Shown in pieces: positions 50,001 to 60,692 of a stretch of 64,000 nucleotides of DNA. A program made the position numbers and the translations under genes. Within the stretch, counting starts at the first letter, position 1; the number at the start of each line of letters is the position of its first letter. This DNA is from Eutreptiella sp. 'Long Island Sound 2002' (taxonomy: Eukaryota; Protista; Euglenida). Under the pieces are notes generated by a model, which did not search any database, was not told where the DNA came from, and saw nothing but the letters and a program-made list of their open reading frames with translations. The stretch lies in contig OZ038378.1 of NCBI GenBank assembly GCA_964036045.1, positions 158,162,001 to 158,226,000 on the forward strand, in the 5' to 3' direction.

Positions 50001-52187
50001 TGGAGAAGGTCTGCTCCCGCACTTAGTGACTTTCCAGAGGGGGAAGGTGGGGGAGTAGTAGCAGGAGCGCATTGGCAGTGTCAATGGTGATGGGGCCTTA
50101 TAATAGCTTGCGTGCCTTGGTTGCCGGGTTCTGACTTGCCCTTTCGGCCCCTGTGCGTGTTTGTGCTGTCGTTTTGGTTTGCAGTTGACTTGCGTGCGAA
50201 GTTTTCCGGGTCCTTAATGCTATTGTGGAGGCCACGTCGGATTGGTGTCGATTGATGCGTTTCATGAACGTGTCTCGGGTGCGGATTCCGTCTCAGGGGG
50301 ACATTCCACCAGCACCATGGTTTTTGCCGGCTCGGGTTCTAGCGTGTTTTTCGGGTTTTCCAGTCCTCCCTGTATGAGCATGCCCTTGGATAGGGCGAAT
50401 GCCTCGTGTGTTGGTTCGTGTCCCTGCTTGATGGTGTTGTCCAGGTGTAGGGCCATGATAGGTGTTGGCTCGAGGTGGTTTTTCGGCTGGTTGTGTTCGG
50501 CGGACCACTTATTGATGGGGAACTTATCACATTGGTACACCCCACAAACGTACTGTGATAGCTTCTGCAGGGGTGCGCTACGAAGGCAATCCATACAGTA
50601 GGTTTGGAGTAGTGTGGGGTCCTGTTTGTCTGCCTCGTAGGCAACCAACAGCTCGCGTGCTCTTGGTTCATTCAACGCGCAGAGGATCTGTTTCACCCGC
50701 TCATTCGCGCTACCTCCCCACTCAGTCTGTATAGCCGCCCTTTGCATATGTCACTCGTGGTTGCGCTGGGTGCCCGTTGACTGGGGGAGCAGGATGTAAG
50801 AGCGATTCCGGATATCTGGCGTGCCTTGGTGGCCCACCTCGGTGTGTACCGTGTAGTGTCCGGCGTCGACCATGTCAACCACTGTGTGTAGTCTGTCAGA
50901 GTCCGCCTTGTGTTGCACCATCATGACCTTCCGTAGTTCGTGTTGTGCATGGCTTGGTAGTTGGTATGTGTTTCTATCGTACCAGGTGCCGACCTATGTT
51001 TGCTTACGGATGTGTTCGGTAGTTACCAGCCGGTTGTGGCTTTTGGATAAGTATGCACTGAATTGTGCCTGCGCCTCGCTGATAGTTGCTATTTCTATTG
51101 TTTGTTGTTCCACGTCAGTGATGCTGGTTTGGTTTTTGGCTGTATTCAATTTTACTAGTTCCTCTGTGAGTTTATTTTCGGTGGGCACCGCCGAAGTGGG
51201 TATGTGTTGGCGGGGGTTGTCTGTAGGTGCGTGGAACATGCAGCCCTTTGGGTCCGATAGGGTGGCCAGAGGAGTATAGTTGAAGCCGAGGGTGGCGTTG
51301 TCTCTTGACCCGTGTCTGGGTATCGAGTTGGGGGCATCTGGTACGTCCAAGGTGTTTGTTTCCTCTGTGCGGGTCGCGGGGTCACTAGTGTTGTTGCCAC
51401 TTGTCAGTGGGTCGCAGGCCTCGACAGAGGGGGGGGGGGGGGTAGCAGTGATGGTTGCGGGTTCATGTGTGCCGGTATTGGGGGCGGGGGCCACAAGGGC
51501 CGTGTTCCCGGTATGAGTCTTGGATTGTTGTTGGAATGTCTCTGCGAGAGTGCGTACTATACCTTCGCCGGTGGTGGTGTCAGGAACAGGCCCCAGGTTG
51601 GATTCTACGTCCCCGTCTTCAGTGGGGTCAGGGATCCACTGGCTTGTTCGGGGGGGTAGTAGTGCGTCGTACATTCTGCGTGTGTTGCGCAGGTGTGTGT
51701 GCGATGTATGTGCACCTTGTGTCCCTTGTGTTGGCAACATGGCGGGGTACTGTTCCCACGCGCACAGGTCTGCGTGGGCATAAGGGGGTGCCGGTGTCCA
51801 TTCGGCACCTATGTTGCATGCCAACAGTAAGTTGTGGTGCCCAGCATGTGGCTGCTTGTCGAGCCAAGAGGGCAGGTGGGTAGCCGTGCTGAGGCTGTCT
51901 GCGGTGTCTACCATGTTGTTGAGTTGGTGGCGGGCTGCCCAGTAGCCGGATCGGTCGGAGCGGAGAAATGCTTCCCAGATCTGGCCAATAGGCTCGTATC
52001 TGGGGCTCCATGTGTTATGTGCTATGTGCGGCGGTCTTGCCTCTTCGTTGGTGTAGAAGAGTAGGCGTCGGTTCAGGAGTTGAATGTAGACATTCACAAA
52101 GGTTGTGTTGCCTGCCTGCATCAAGGGTGCTCCATGGAACAATGAAGGGGGAGACCACAGTTCACCACCATTGCAGCCCACACGCAC
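47088..52187 (-). mobile_element. Large decayed ORF1-like region of a non-LTR element
   Basis: Chain of minus-strand ORFs (50994-52187, 50262-50747, 49444-50022, 49044-49436, 48149-48529, 47088-47840); shares the aaag(tctgatg)3 motif (about 47147-47172) with the region 5' of the APE at 41875-41895; contains a 2A-like motif. Confidence 0.5.
51588..51638 (-). other. 2A-like (StopGo) peptide, variant WIPDPTEDGDVESNLGP
   Basis: Matches D(V/I)ExNPGP except L (CTG) for P (CCG), a single C-to-T change. Confidence 0.6.
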
Positions 52188-52942
52188 ATATGTGCTGTTA
52201 TTCCGCCTTCACACCTTGCAAAGAGGTTGTACAACACAGCATATGGTCAATTGGCAACCTGCAGCACCTAAGAAGGGTTGCCAAAGAGCCACTATGGGGT
52301 TACACATGCCCACCATGGTCCCCTGCAGAAACCGAGAGCCACTGGTACAAGGGTGAAGAAATCCACCAAAAAGGGGCGAAAAAACCCCCCGGAAGCAGTG
52401 AAAAAAAAAACCCAAATGGGAGAAAATTAGCCCATCATGTTGGGACATCGAAAGACGGAGACTCTCCGGCAACCTTTGCACTGCCTCAGACAACTCGTCA
52501 AGAGGTTGTGGTGCGAAAGAAGAGGGTACATCAGATGGACCGCTTGGTATTGCAATTGAAGAAGTGCTGTGTTGGGCGCCCGTGTGGTGCATTGGAGACT
52601 GGGGAACATTTGGTTAGTTGGTTGTATTCCTCCCCACACTGGGAGTTTTGTAGCCACTTTGACTTGCACCCCCCCCCCCCCCGCCTCATCGAAGCGAAAG
52701 TCCGCGGATGAAAATCACAGAAAAATTGCGTGCAACCCGCAGTTGTTCACTGGACAAAAGTCAGCCAGACACCAATCCCCTGGGAAGTGCCCAGAACTTT
52801 TCTTGCTGATCAAACCTCCATAATTCTGCAAACATTCCTTCTAGCGCATGAACAAACTTGCACGGTAAAAATTAGCAGATTCATAACAGGGCACTGATGG
52901 AATCCTTTCGGCATTACACTGGATTCAGATCTGCATGTTGTC

Positions 52943-55900
52943 TTACGGCTGGTGCTTTGGTGGGTTTCCTTTGAGATTCTTCAATTTGGAAATATCAATT
53001 GATGGTGCAGGCTGCAATGGCTGTGGGCAGAGGTCCATCCGCTGCTTGAGATAGTGCACCACTTCAGTATGCCCTGGAAGGCCTGCCAGCTCCACAGGGG
53101 TCCGTCCTGCGGCATCGGTCAGAAACATTTGGGTTTCAACACCCGGCAACGCCAGCAACCATTCCAGGGCGTCTCGATGGCCATGCCACGCGGCCTTGTT
53201 GACGACGCCATGACCCCAAAAATTCATTCTGGTGAAATCAGACCCCTTGTGCAAGAGCCACTTGCACATTGGGATGCTGCCGGACGCTGCAGCCCAGATC
53301 GGGGCTGTGCACCCAGAGTTATTTTGTCCCTCGAGGTCCATACCTTGTTGCAGCAACCAATCCGCCACATCAATGGACGCACCCCAGACTGCCCAATGAA
53401 AGCAATTGATCCCCTTCTTAGTCTGTGCGTGCAGATTGGCGCCGCGCTCCACCAGCAACTGTACGGCCTGGAGGTGGCCATTGCGACATGCCCACATCAA
53501 TGCCGTCCTTCCCTCCTTGTTGGGGCTTTCAATATCCACACAATGCTCCAAAAGCAGCGCTACCACATCCACGTGTCCATGTCCTGCAGCCCATGCCAGC
53601 GCATTCAGGCGATTCTTGTCTACTGCTCGCCGGGGATCCCACCCTCGGGCCAGCAGCTCCCGCAATTGCTGTACGTGCCCCATTTTTGCCTGGTACAGAC
53701 CTGATTGCGGGTCCGCTGCGGTCTCCAGCCGCAGCCCGTCCTGATACCGCGCGCTTCTCTCTTCCTTGGAGCCCCCCTTGTGTTGCTGCTCCTTCCCAGA
53801 GACCCCATTGACAGGCAGCTGTTGCTCCTGCCCGAATACACGAGGTTCTGGTGTCGAAACACATGGTGGCAGCCCCGAGACTGGTCCCACGGGTGTTCTC
53901 AGTTCTGTGGAGGCCTGTCTCAGCACTGATTCTGCGATGGCGTTCAGGGTCAGGAACTCAAACGCCCATCCGTCCGGCAGATTCACCCCAAACTCAGTGC
54001 AGAGGGCCTCGTGTAAAGGCTCTGCCAGCATCTCATCGACGCCAAGATGTGATAATGCGACGTCACAGGGCAGCGATGCGCCTGTTTTGAGGGGCTTCGC
54101 ATGTTTGCCACTCAACACATCCTCCACTAATTCGGATGCTCGAGTCAAAACGCTCCTAAGCGCCGACGCCTCTGATGCCGTCGTCTGTGCCAACGATGCT
54201 TCTGTGCGACAACGCTGCAGCGATTCATGAATGAAGAGACCGATGGCAGAGATTGTGGGATGCTCAAACACTAGCGAACTGGGCAGCCGCAGTGGAGCGC
54301 TTTCGTCGCACGCCGTTTGCAGAGCCGCAAAGAAATGCACCGCCTGCACAGAGGCCATGCCGATGGCCTCAAGCGACCGGCCCAGATCTGCCTCCCCAAG
54401 GCCGGTCCCCAGCACTTGCTCCGCACACTCTCTGACCATCGCTGTCACGTCCGCCTCCGAATCCAAAGCCCGGGATCGCCGACCACCGCCACCGGCGCCT
54501 CGATGCGCGTCCGCGGCCTCGGCTGTGGCTTTGTGCACGGCGTCGGCCACCAAAGCGACGGTGCACAGCTCCGCCGGAATGCGGCCCAGCGCTCCGCCCG
54601 GCCCCGGAGCATGCGCCGCCGAAGGCCCGGGCGCCGCCATCGCATCCTCCGCTGAACACTGCGCGACGTCGTCCCCCACGGCCTCGAGACTGATCTCCAG
54701 CAGCAGCTCCGCCGGGATCGCGAGGACGCATTCGGTACAGTCCGCGTCCAATTCCGGTGCCGTCCGGCGCGTCCGCGCCACAAACGCATCCACCGTCCGA
54801 AGGAACTGCAGCATTTTGGAGTTCTTCGCCGTCCGCACAAACGGAATCACTACGAATCGCAGGTGCGCCTGCAGCGCCACGGAGGCCAAGTACCGCAGCG
54901 CCTCATACTCGACCCCGCGATGCAGCACGCGGCAGCTCATCATCAACGAGTCCACGTATAAAGCCCCCGCAGCCTCTGCACGGCACAGCAGGTCGGTGCC
55001 GGTGCACTTCTGCGGCGCAGCGGCCGGGGCCGCAGAAAGCGCGCGCACGCGCTCGGGGCCCGCGGGCACGCGCACATCTTCGCACCGCAACGCGTCCGCT
55101 GCTTGGCCTTCGCTACGCCCCCCCTCCGCCCCCGCCACTGCCCCGTGCCCTCGCCCGTCCACGTCCACTGCCCCGGCCTCGGCCACGTCCACGTGTTCCG
55201 TCGCTGCCCCTCCGGCCCCCGCCTCCCTCGTCGTCTGTGCCCCAGACCCTTCGGGCCAAAGGCCCCGGCGCCACAGCGCCACCAGGACGACGCCGTAGTC
55301 GCCGAAGCGGTCCCGCACCCGAGCGCACGCCACGGCCCGGGCCTCGGCGGACAGCCACGCCCGGACTTGGGCCTCCGTCCGGCGGATGGTCGTGGAGTTG
55401 AACTGATTGGAGCGCTGGGACAACTCCGCGACGCGAGGGAGCTCGTCGGGGCTTGCGGCGTGAAGGTCGACCTGCACCTCCAGCGATCGCAGGAACTCTG
55501 CGAAGCTCAATCCGGAGGTCCGCTGCACCTCATCCCTCTGCGCCTGTTCCTGGTACAGGGTGGTCCGCGACAACGACTCCCGCGTTGGAGCAGCTGCCGC
55601 ATTTTGAGTGCGCAGAACCCTCGAGCCCCAGACATCAAAAGCCCAATGATGATCCAGTGTGGCACGGGCCTTGCCTGTGGGATCGTGTTCACCTCCAATG
55701 GGCAGATGCACACACGTCACCTGCGGCAGTGCCGTTTGAACCTCATGGATTTCCAGTGGATTGTCATCAATGAAAACGAATGCATCCAATCCCAAATTCA
55801 ACATCTCTGCCAGGGCTTTGATATTTGTGCTCTTGGGCTGCCAATTCACCTTCCGTGCGGCGACATCCTCGAGACCGATGCACATGTCAGTGGGTCGGTT

Positions 55901-56719
55901 GCGAAATACTGCCAAAACATCCGCCTCGTCATTCTTGCTGGAGAGGCAGATAAGCCTCCCAGATCTCTGTAGCTGCAGCAGCTTTCGTTGCAACAGTAAA
56001 TGACACTCCGTCATTCGAACTCCTTTCGGACCGAGCTCACTGACGGCACCGTCCCACAATGTGTGATCGCAATCTGTGACGAACACTTTGAAGGTGTTCT
56101 GGTGCAGACATCCGAAGAGACGCCGGGTGATGAGTGTGGCCACAGCAACGTAGTACTCCTTGGTGTACGGAACATGGCCCATACGGAAAGTGTCCGGTGA
56201 CCAATAGCCTGATTCCAGCGGGTACCATTTGTCTAGACAGCACCAGGATACGTAACTGACCCCTTGCAATTCACTGAACGCCGTTTCCAAATAATCAGAC
56301 ATGGCGGTCAAGCCATGAATACACTGCTCGTTTGACATGATGCATGGCGCAGGCTTGCATGCGATGATCAGAAGTGGCGCAAAGGATCCGGGCCGAGCAC
56401 AAAAGCCTCTCACTGCGGCTTCGAAATCCCATACGGTGCGCCACAATGATGCCTCAAAGTCCTTGAGCTGAGGCTCGGGATATCCATCCTTTGCCGGGAT
56501 CCAATCATCGAGTCGCACCAACACAGCGTTCAACACGTTCGAAGAGTCCTTAAACAAACTTGCTGGCTTCAATAATTCGGGGAACACGCTGTCAAATTCC
56601 GCAAATTGCACATGAATGTCCATTCCCAAGTAGCTTGCCCAAAAGTGAAGAGTGGACTGCAACGGCTCCACAGTGAAATTGGAAGACACCACGACCCTCG
56701 GAAAAATTGCATTGTGCAT
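52943..56719 (-). CDS. Intronless FkbH-like (HAD-IIIC)-ACP-ankyrin repeat fusion protein (about 1258 aa), SL-bearing retrocopy
   Basis: First ATG after the SL is at 56719 (MHNAIF). FkbH motifs VTDCDHTLWDG, CLSSKNDE, NWQPKS, FIDDNPLE, QRSNQFN, DRFGDYG, MSCRVLHRGVE; carrier domain GMASVQA..LPSSLVFEHPTI; degenerate second carrier GVDE..EFGVNLP; about 7 ankyrin repeats at the C-terminus. Confidence 0.88.
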   Translation of the reverse strand: MHNAIFPRVVVSSNFTVEPLQSTLHFWASYLGMDIHVQFAEFDSVFPELLKPASLFKDSSNVLNAVLVRLDDWIPAKDGYPEPQLKDFEASLWRTVWDFEAAVRGFCARPGSFAPLLIIACKPAPCIMSNEQCIHGLTAMSDYLETAFSELQGVSYVSWCCLDKWYPLESGYWSPDTFRMGHVPYTKEYYVAVATLITRRLFGCLHQNTFKVFVTDCDHTLWDGAVSELGPKGVRMTECHLLLQRKLLQLQRSGRLICLSSKNDEADVLAVFRNRPTDMCIGLEDVAARKVNWQPKSTNIKALAEMLNLGLDAFVFIDDNPLEIHEVQTALPQVTCVHLPIGGEHDPTGKARATLDHHWAFDVWGSRVLRTQNAAAAPTRESLSRTTLYQEQAQRDEVQRTSGLSFAEFLRSLEVQVDLHAASPDELPRVAELSQRSNQFNSTTIRRTEAQVRAWLSAEARAVACARVRDRFGDYGVVLVALWRRGLWPEGSGAQTTREAGAGGAATEHVDVAEAGAVDVDGRGHGAVAGAEGGRSEGQAADALRCEDVRVPAGPERVRALSAAPAAAPQKCTGTDLLCRAEAAGALYVDSLMMSCRVLHRGVEYEALRYLASVALQAHLRFVVIPFVRTAKNSKMLQFLRTVDAFVARTRRTAPELDADCTECVLAIPAELLLEISLEAVGDDVAQCSAEDAMAAPGPSAAHAPGPGGALGRIPAELCTVALVADAVHKATAEAADAHRGAGGGGRRSRALDSEADVTAMVRECAEQVLGTGLGEADLGRSLEAIGMASVQAVHFFAALQTACDESAPLRLPSSLVFEHPTISAIGLFIHESLQRCRTEASLAQTTASEASALRSVLTRASELVEDVLSGKHAKPLKTGASLPCDVALSHLGVDEMLAEPLHEALCTEFGVNLPDGWAFEFLTLNAIAESVLRQASTELRTPVGPVSGLPPCVSTPEPRVFGQEQQLPVNGVSGKEQQHKGGSKEERSARYQDGLRLETAADPQSGLYQAKMGHVQQLRELLARGWDPRRAVDKNRLNALAWAAGHGHVDVVALLLEHCVDIESPNKEGRTALMWACRNGHLQAVQLLVERGANLHAQTKKGINCFHWAVWGASIDVADWLLQQGMDLEGQNNSGCTAPIWAAASGSIPMCKWLLHKGSDFTRMNFWGHGVVNKAAWHGHRDALEWLLALPGVETQMFLTDAAGRTPVELAGLPGHTEVVHYLKQRMDLCPQPLQPAPSIDISKLKNLKGNPPKHQP

Positions 56720-56731
56720 GCGAAATAGAAG

Positions 56732-56761
56732 CGGAAAAAAACAGACACTCAGAAAATGAGC
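56732..56761 (-). other. Genomic copy of euglenid spliced leader (SL copy 2)
   Basis: Minus strand gctcaTTTTCTGAGTGTCTGTTTTTTTCCG, 12 nt upstream of the ATG. Confidence 0.88.
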
Positions 56762-56764
56762 TAA

Positions 56765-57960
56765 AGGGCAATGAAGCAACGGATACTCAGCTACCCAACG
56801 CCCCTGTGTCACAGGCGACTGCTCATAGCCGGTGACTGCTCTGCTGCACTGCAGCACTTCCAAACCAGCACTGAATGCTGCCTTGAGTTCGCCCGGCCTG
56901 TGGCTATCGAATGTCTCTTAGGCTGGTGAAAGGGGCCATGAGCAACGGATACTGAGCTCGCATATACCCCCATGACACAGGCATATGGCCACCACTTTCA
57001 GTTCATTGTTTTGCCTTGCATCACTGCAGTACAAACCAGACCCGAATGTTGCCTTGAGGTCTCTGTGCAAGGCGGCTATCGAATGTTTCATGGGCCGCCT
57101 GGGTCAGCTCTACTCCCTCCCACAGGTGCCGGTTAGCCATAACCTTGCATCTGGTTGCCAGTTAGCATAAACCTTGCATCTGGGAGCTCACCCCCACCGT
57201 AATTCACACAAAAACAAAAGCAACTGCTCCGTGGTTGGCCGGCCGGGGCGCTGCTTTTTGTTTGGAGGGTGTTGCTTCTTATTTCCTCCGTGCTGCCGTA
57301 CCCACTCCACTTCACCGTCTGTGGAAAAGGTCCAATGCGAGGTGTGACATAACACATCCTCTTCAGCAGAGCCACCACTCTGCTTGCCAGCTCAGCGTCC
57401 CACGTCCACAGACACAAGGGGGTTTCAACCATCTCAACATCGCATGTCTACAAAAACAGGGGGATTCAGGGCGTAGACTAGTCCCGAATGTTGCCCTCAG
57501 GTCACCGCGCAAGGCAGGTTTCAAATGGTTCATGGGCCTCCTGGGGCTCTTCACCCTCCCACTGGTGCCGGTTAGCCAGAAACCTTGCATCCGGGGGTTC
57601 ACACTTCACCGTTATGCACACAAAAACATAAGAAACGGGTCCGTGGTTGGCCGGTTGGGGCTGAGCTTTTTGTTTGGGGGGTGTTGTGTGGTGTTTACTC
57701 CGTGTAGCCATACTCATTACACTACCCCGTTTGGGAGATGGTTCATTGTGGGGTGTGGCATCACACATCCCCTGTAGCGGAGCCACCACTCTACCTTGCC
57801 ATCAGTAGCAGTGTACCACAACAAAGCAACAGCCTGACTCTTGTGCCATTACCGAGTCTCCAAACCACTTAGCACTTCACTTCCATAAAAACAAGGGGGT
57901 TTCGGGGCGTTTGGGTTTTCCCCACCCCCCTCAGGATTCGAACTACCGACGACACTTCGT
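56765..57960 (-). mobile_element. Cluster of SINE-like fragments with an internal duplication of about 440-bp period
   Basis: SINE body ends at 56765 and 56933; 57040-57390 is similar to 57481-57800; B-box-like agttcgaatcct near 57935-57946 with the same head-adjacent sequence as the 12 kb copy. Confidence 0.6.
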
Positions 57961-58202
57961 GGAAGACTAGGCATGTACCGGTGTACCAAAGACTACGGTG
58001 ACAACTCAGGCCCAACAAGGGCTCAAGAGCTCGCATATCAGGGGCTTGGGAACTAAGCACGGTTCAAATGAAGGCTCAGGTGAAAGGCAGTAGGGGCTCG
58101 GATTCAGTCTCTTGCTCTTTCGCATCACTCGAGGTTGACTCAGGTCCTGCAGTGAGGGGCATGTGGCCCACTGGGCTCTCATGACAACCAAACACCGGCA
58201 TT

Positions 58203-58694
58203 TCACCTAACTCTCTGGGCATTGAACGCAAGAGGCAAAATTGGATACACGCCTCCGACCTCACTCCTGTGTTTGCCCCATAAATCATACCTTTGATTTG
58301 GCTTACCACACCCGGGTTTCCACAAATCCAAAGGCAATGCCCCCCCCCCCCCCCCTTTTGTGTTTGCCCCCATGACGATGTCTTTTGATCCACCCGCAAG
58401 CCACACTGTCACCCTGACTTCCCACCCAAAGGGGTGGTGCGGCGTGATCTGTTTCCTGATCCACCTCACGTGTCCCACATAGTGAAGCTTGGATTTCACA
58501 TCCCATGAGAGCCAAGCCAGCACGGAGAAAGTTTCGTGTTCAATGATCATAATCGGGTCGCCTGCAGCCGTCATGAACCCATTCACAAAGCGAGACACGG
58601 ATTCCTTTGCTAGTCGCACTTGAACTTCTTGGTGTTCGTTCCGGCTTCGCAAATCACCAATGTTTGCCCTGTTGTCCTTCTCGGCCGTCGCCAC
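58203..58694 (-). other. Unassigned protein-like ORF fragment
   Basis: DLRSRNEHQEVQVRLAKESVSRFVNGFMTAAGDPIMIIEHETFSVLAWLSWDVKSKLHYVGHVRW reads like real coding sequence; no motif recognised. Confidence 0.25.
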
Positions 58695-60281
58695 TGCTCC
58701 CTTGGTCCGCGCCTAGTGGACCTTGAATTGCTGGTGCTGGATGTGGCCACATCCAACCATTTGAGTACATCAGTGACATTGACAAAATCTCAAAAGAAGG
58801 GTCAGTTGCTGGCTGTGGGGTGTGGTCTCACACTTCCCATGTGCATTTCATTAGCTTTCAGTAGATGGCGGTAGATCGATGAAATTGATGACATCTCAAA
58901 AGAAGGGTCCGCTGGCTGTGGGATGTGATCTCACACAAGCATAAACAAAGCCACCACTCCGCCCTACCAAAGCACCCTTGCGGCGTTTGGCAGACCACCG
59001 CTGAGTGTCACTGACATCCGTGCTACACTGGCTATTGTCTGACGACAGGCCGTCACACTACCACTCTCCCCTCCACCCTTCATGAATCTCTGAACAACCG
59101 CTATCCCCCACCACGCTTGTGGTTTGAATGTTGTTTTGTAGGGTGACAATGATGACAAGAGGGAAGGGGGAGATGTGGGTGAGGAGGGTGAAGAGGGTGA
59201 GGAGGGGGGGGGGGGTTGAGGATGGGATGGAAAGTGAGGGTGAGGGTGAGGAGGGTGGGGTGGGTGAGGGCGGTTGGGAGGGGCAAGAGGGTGTGGAGGA
59301 AGAGGGCGAGGAGGGCAAAGAGGGCAAGGAGGGACAGGTAGGGACGTGGATGGACATGGACGTTGTGTTAGACGTTGACATGGACATCGTCCCACAAGAG
59401 CGGTGTCCAACCCACCCACCCACCCACGTGTGGCTCCTTCGCCCATTGCCAGTGAGTTGGGGTGTGGTTGCACCAGGGGTCGGAGGGGATGAGCCAGGAG
59501 ACGGTAAGGCCCAGGCCTTTGGCTGCCAAAGTGGACATGAGGGGCCCCCTTGTTGTGTGTTTGTGGGGGCGCTTATATTAGTCAGGGACAATTTAGGAGC
59601 CCCGCTCGTGCACACACTCCAACGCTTGCGTCAAGGAATCCGCTGCTTCCGTTAACAGGCCAGCCTCATTTGCCTCCCACAAGAATAAGGTCACAACCCA
59701 CCCCGCCCCGCCTGCTTATGAAGCTCTCAAGCAGGTTCAAATTCATCAAACTTGTCTGATTTCATTCCTTTGTTTTTGATTACCTCAGACTTACGTGTGC
59801 CTCGTAAGTGTTCGGTCAGACGGACCGGGTCTGTGTGGCAGATAAAGGGGGAATCCTTGCACTGCGCGCGCACTGCGCGCTACTTTTAGATTATGTTCCC
59901 CCCGAAGAGCCCCTAGCACGCCCCTTGGAAACACCCTTAGAATTAGGCGACCCATATGTGTTATACTTTGGGGGCGCCTTAAGTGCAGTGTGTGTGCAGT
60001 GCGCGCACAGTGCAACTATTTGGGCGCCTGGCCGTAGTAGAAACCCATACTTTGTGGTACTTTGGGCATCATTTTTGCTTGGTAGTAGGTATTGATGCAT
60101 TGGGGATCTGGCATTTTTGGATTTTCACCCTGTTTCACCTTTCTACTTTTTTGCACACATTTTTTGCCCATTTCCACCACATCTACTCTTTTTCTTGGTT
60201 GATTGATATGGTGATACACTTTGAGGGTGCCTGCTACAGGACATCATACTTCCCTCCTCATTTCTCAGGCCCATTTTCTCC

Positions 60282-60692
60282 ATGGATCTCAGTATTGGGG
60301 ATAGGGTGTTCTACACCTGCTCCAATGGCCTGCGACCTCCTACCACGGTGGTTGGGACGGGTGAAGACGGACTCCTCCACTTGGAATACTACCAAGATGG
60401 GTTGAGAGTCGTGAATCGGCAATGCAAGATGGAGTACATCTCCTTTGCCATCCCAAGTTCAACCTCGCCACCTGATTGCCGCTGCCTCTCTCCGCTGCCC
60501 AACACACAGCCAAGTCCCCCCCCCAAAAGGCCCCTGGTCCTTCACCATGCCACAAGAACCGGGAACGTCCCCCTCAAGGTCCCTTCCAGTCCAATTTATT
60601 ATCCCGTGTGGAGGACCCACATATCGTCGGGTGATGGTAGGATGTATATTTGCAACTTGTACACTGTCACCAGCGGATGCAGCGGGAGGTGA
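60282..60692 (+). other. Short ORF with a possible SH3/Tudor-like N-terminal segment
   Basis: MDLSIGDRVFY...VVGTGEDGLLHLEYY followed by a Pro-rich tail; weak similarity by eye only. Confidence 0.25.

Noticed and set aside
53054-55972. Plus-strand and alternate-frame ORFs overlapping the FkbH gene
   Set aside because: Shadow ORFs caused by high GC; no domains seen.
52943-56863. ORF-track start at 56863 (1306 aa)
   Set aside because: The first 48 codons run through SINE sequence and the SL; the first ATG after the SL (56719) is preferred.
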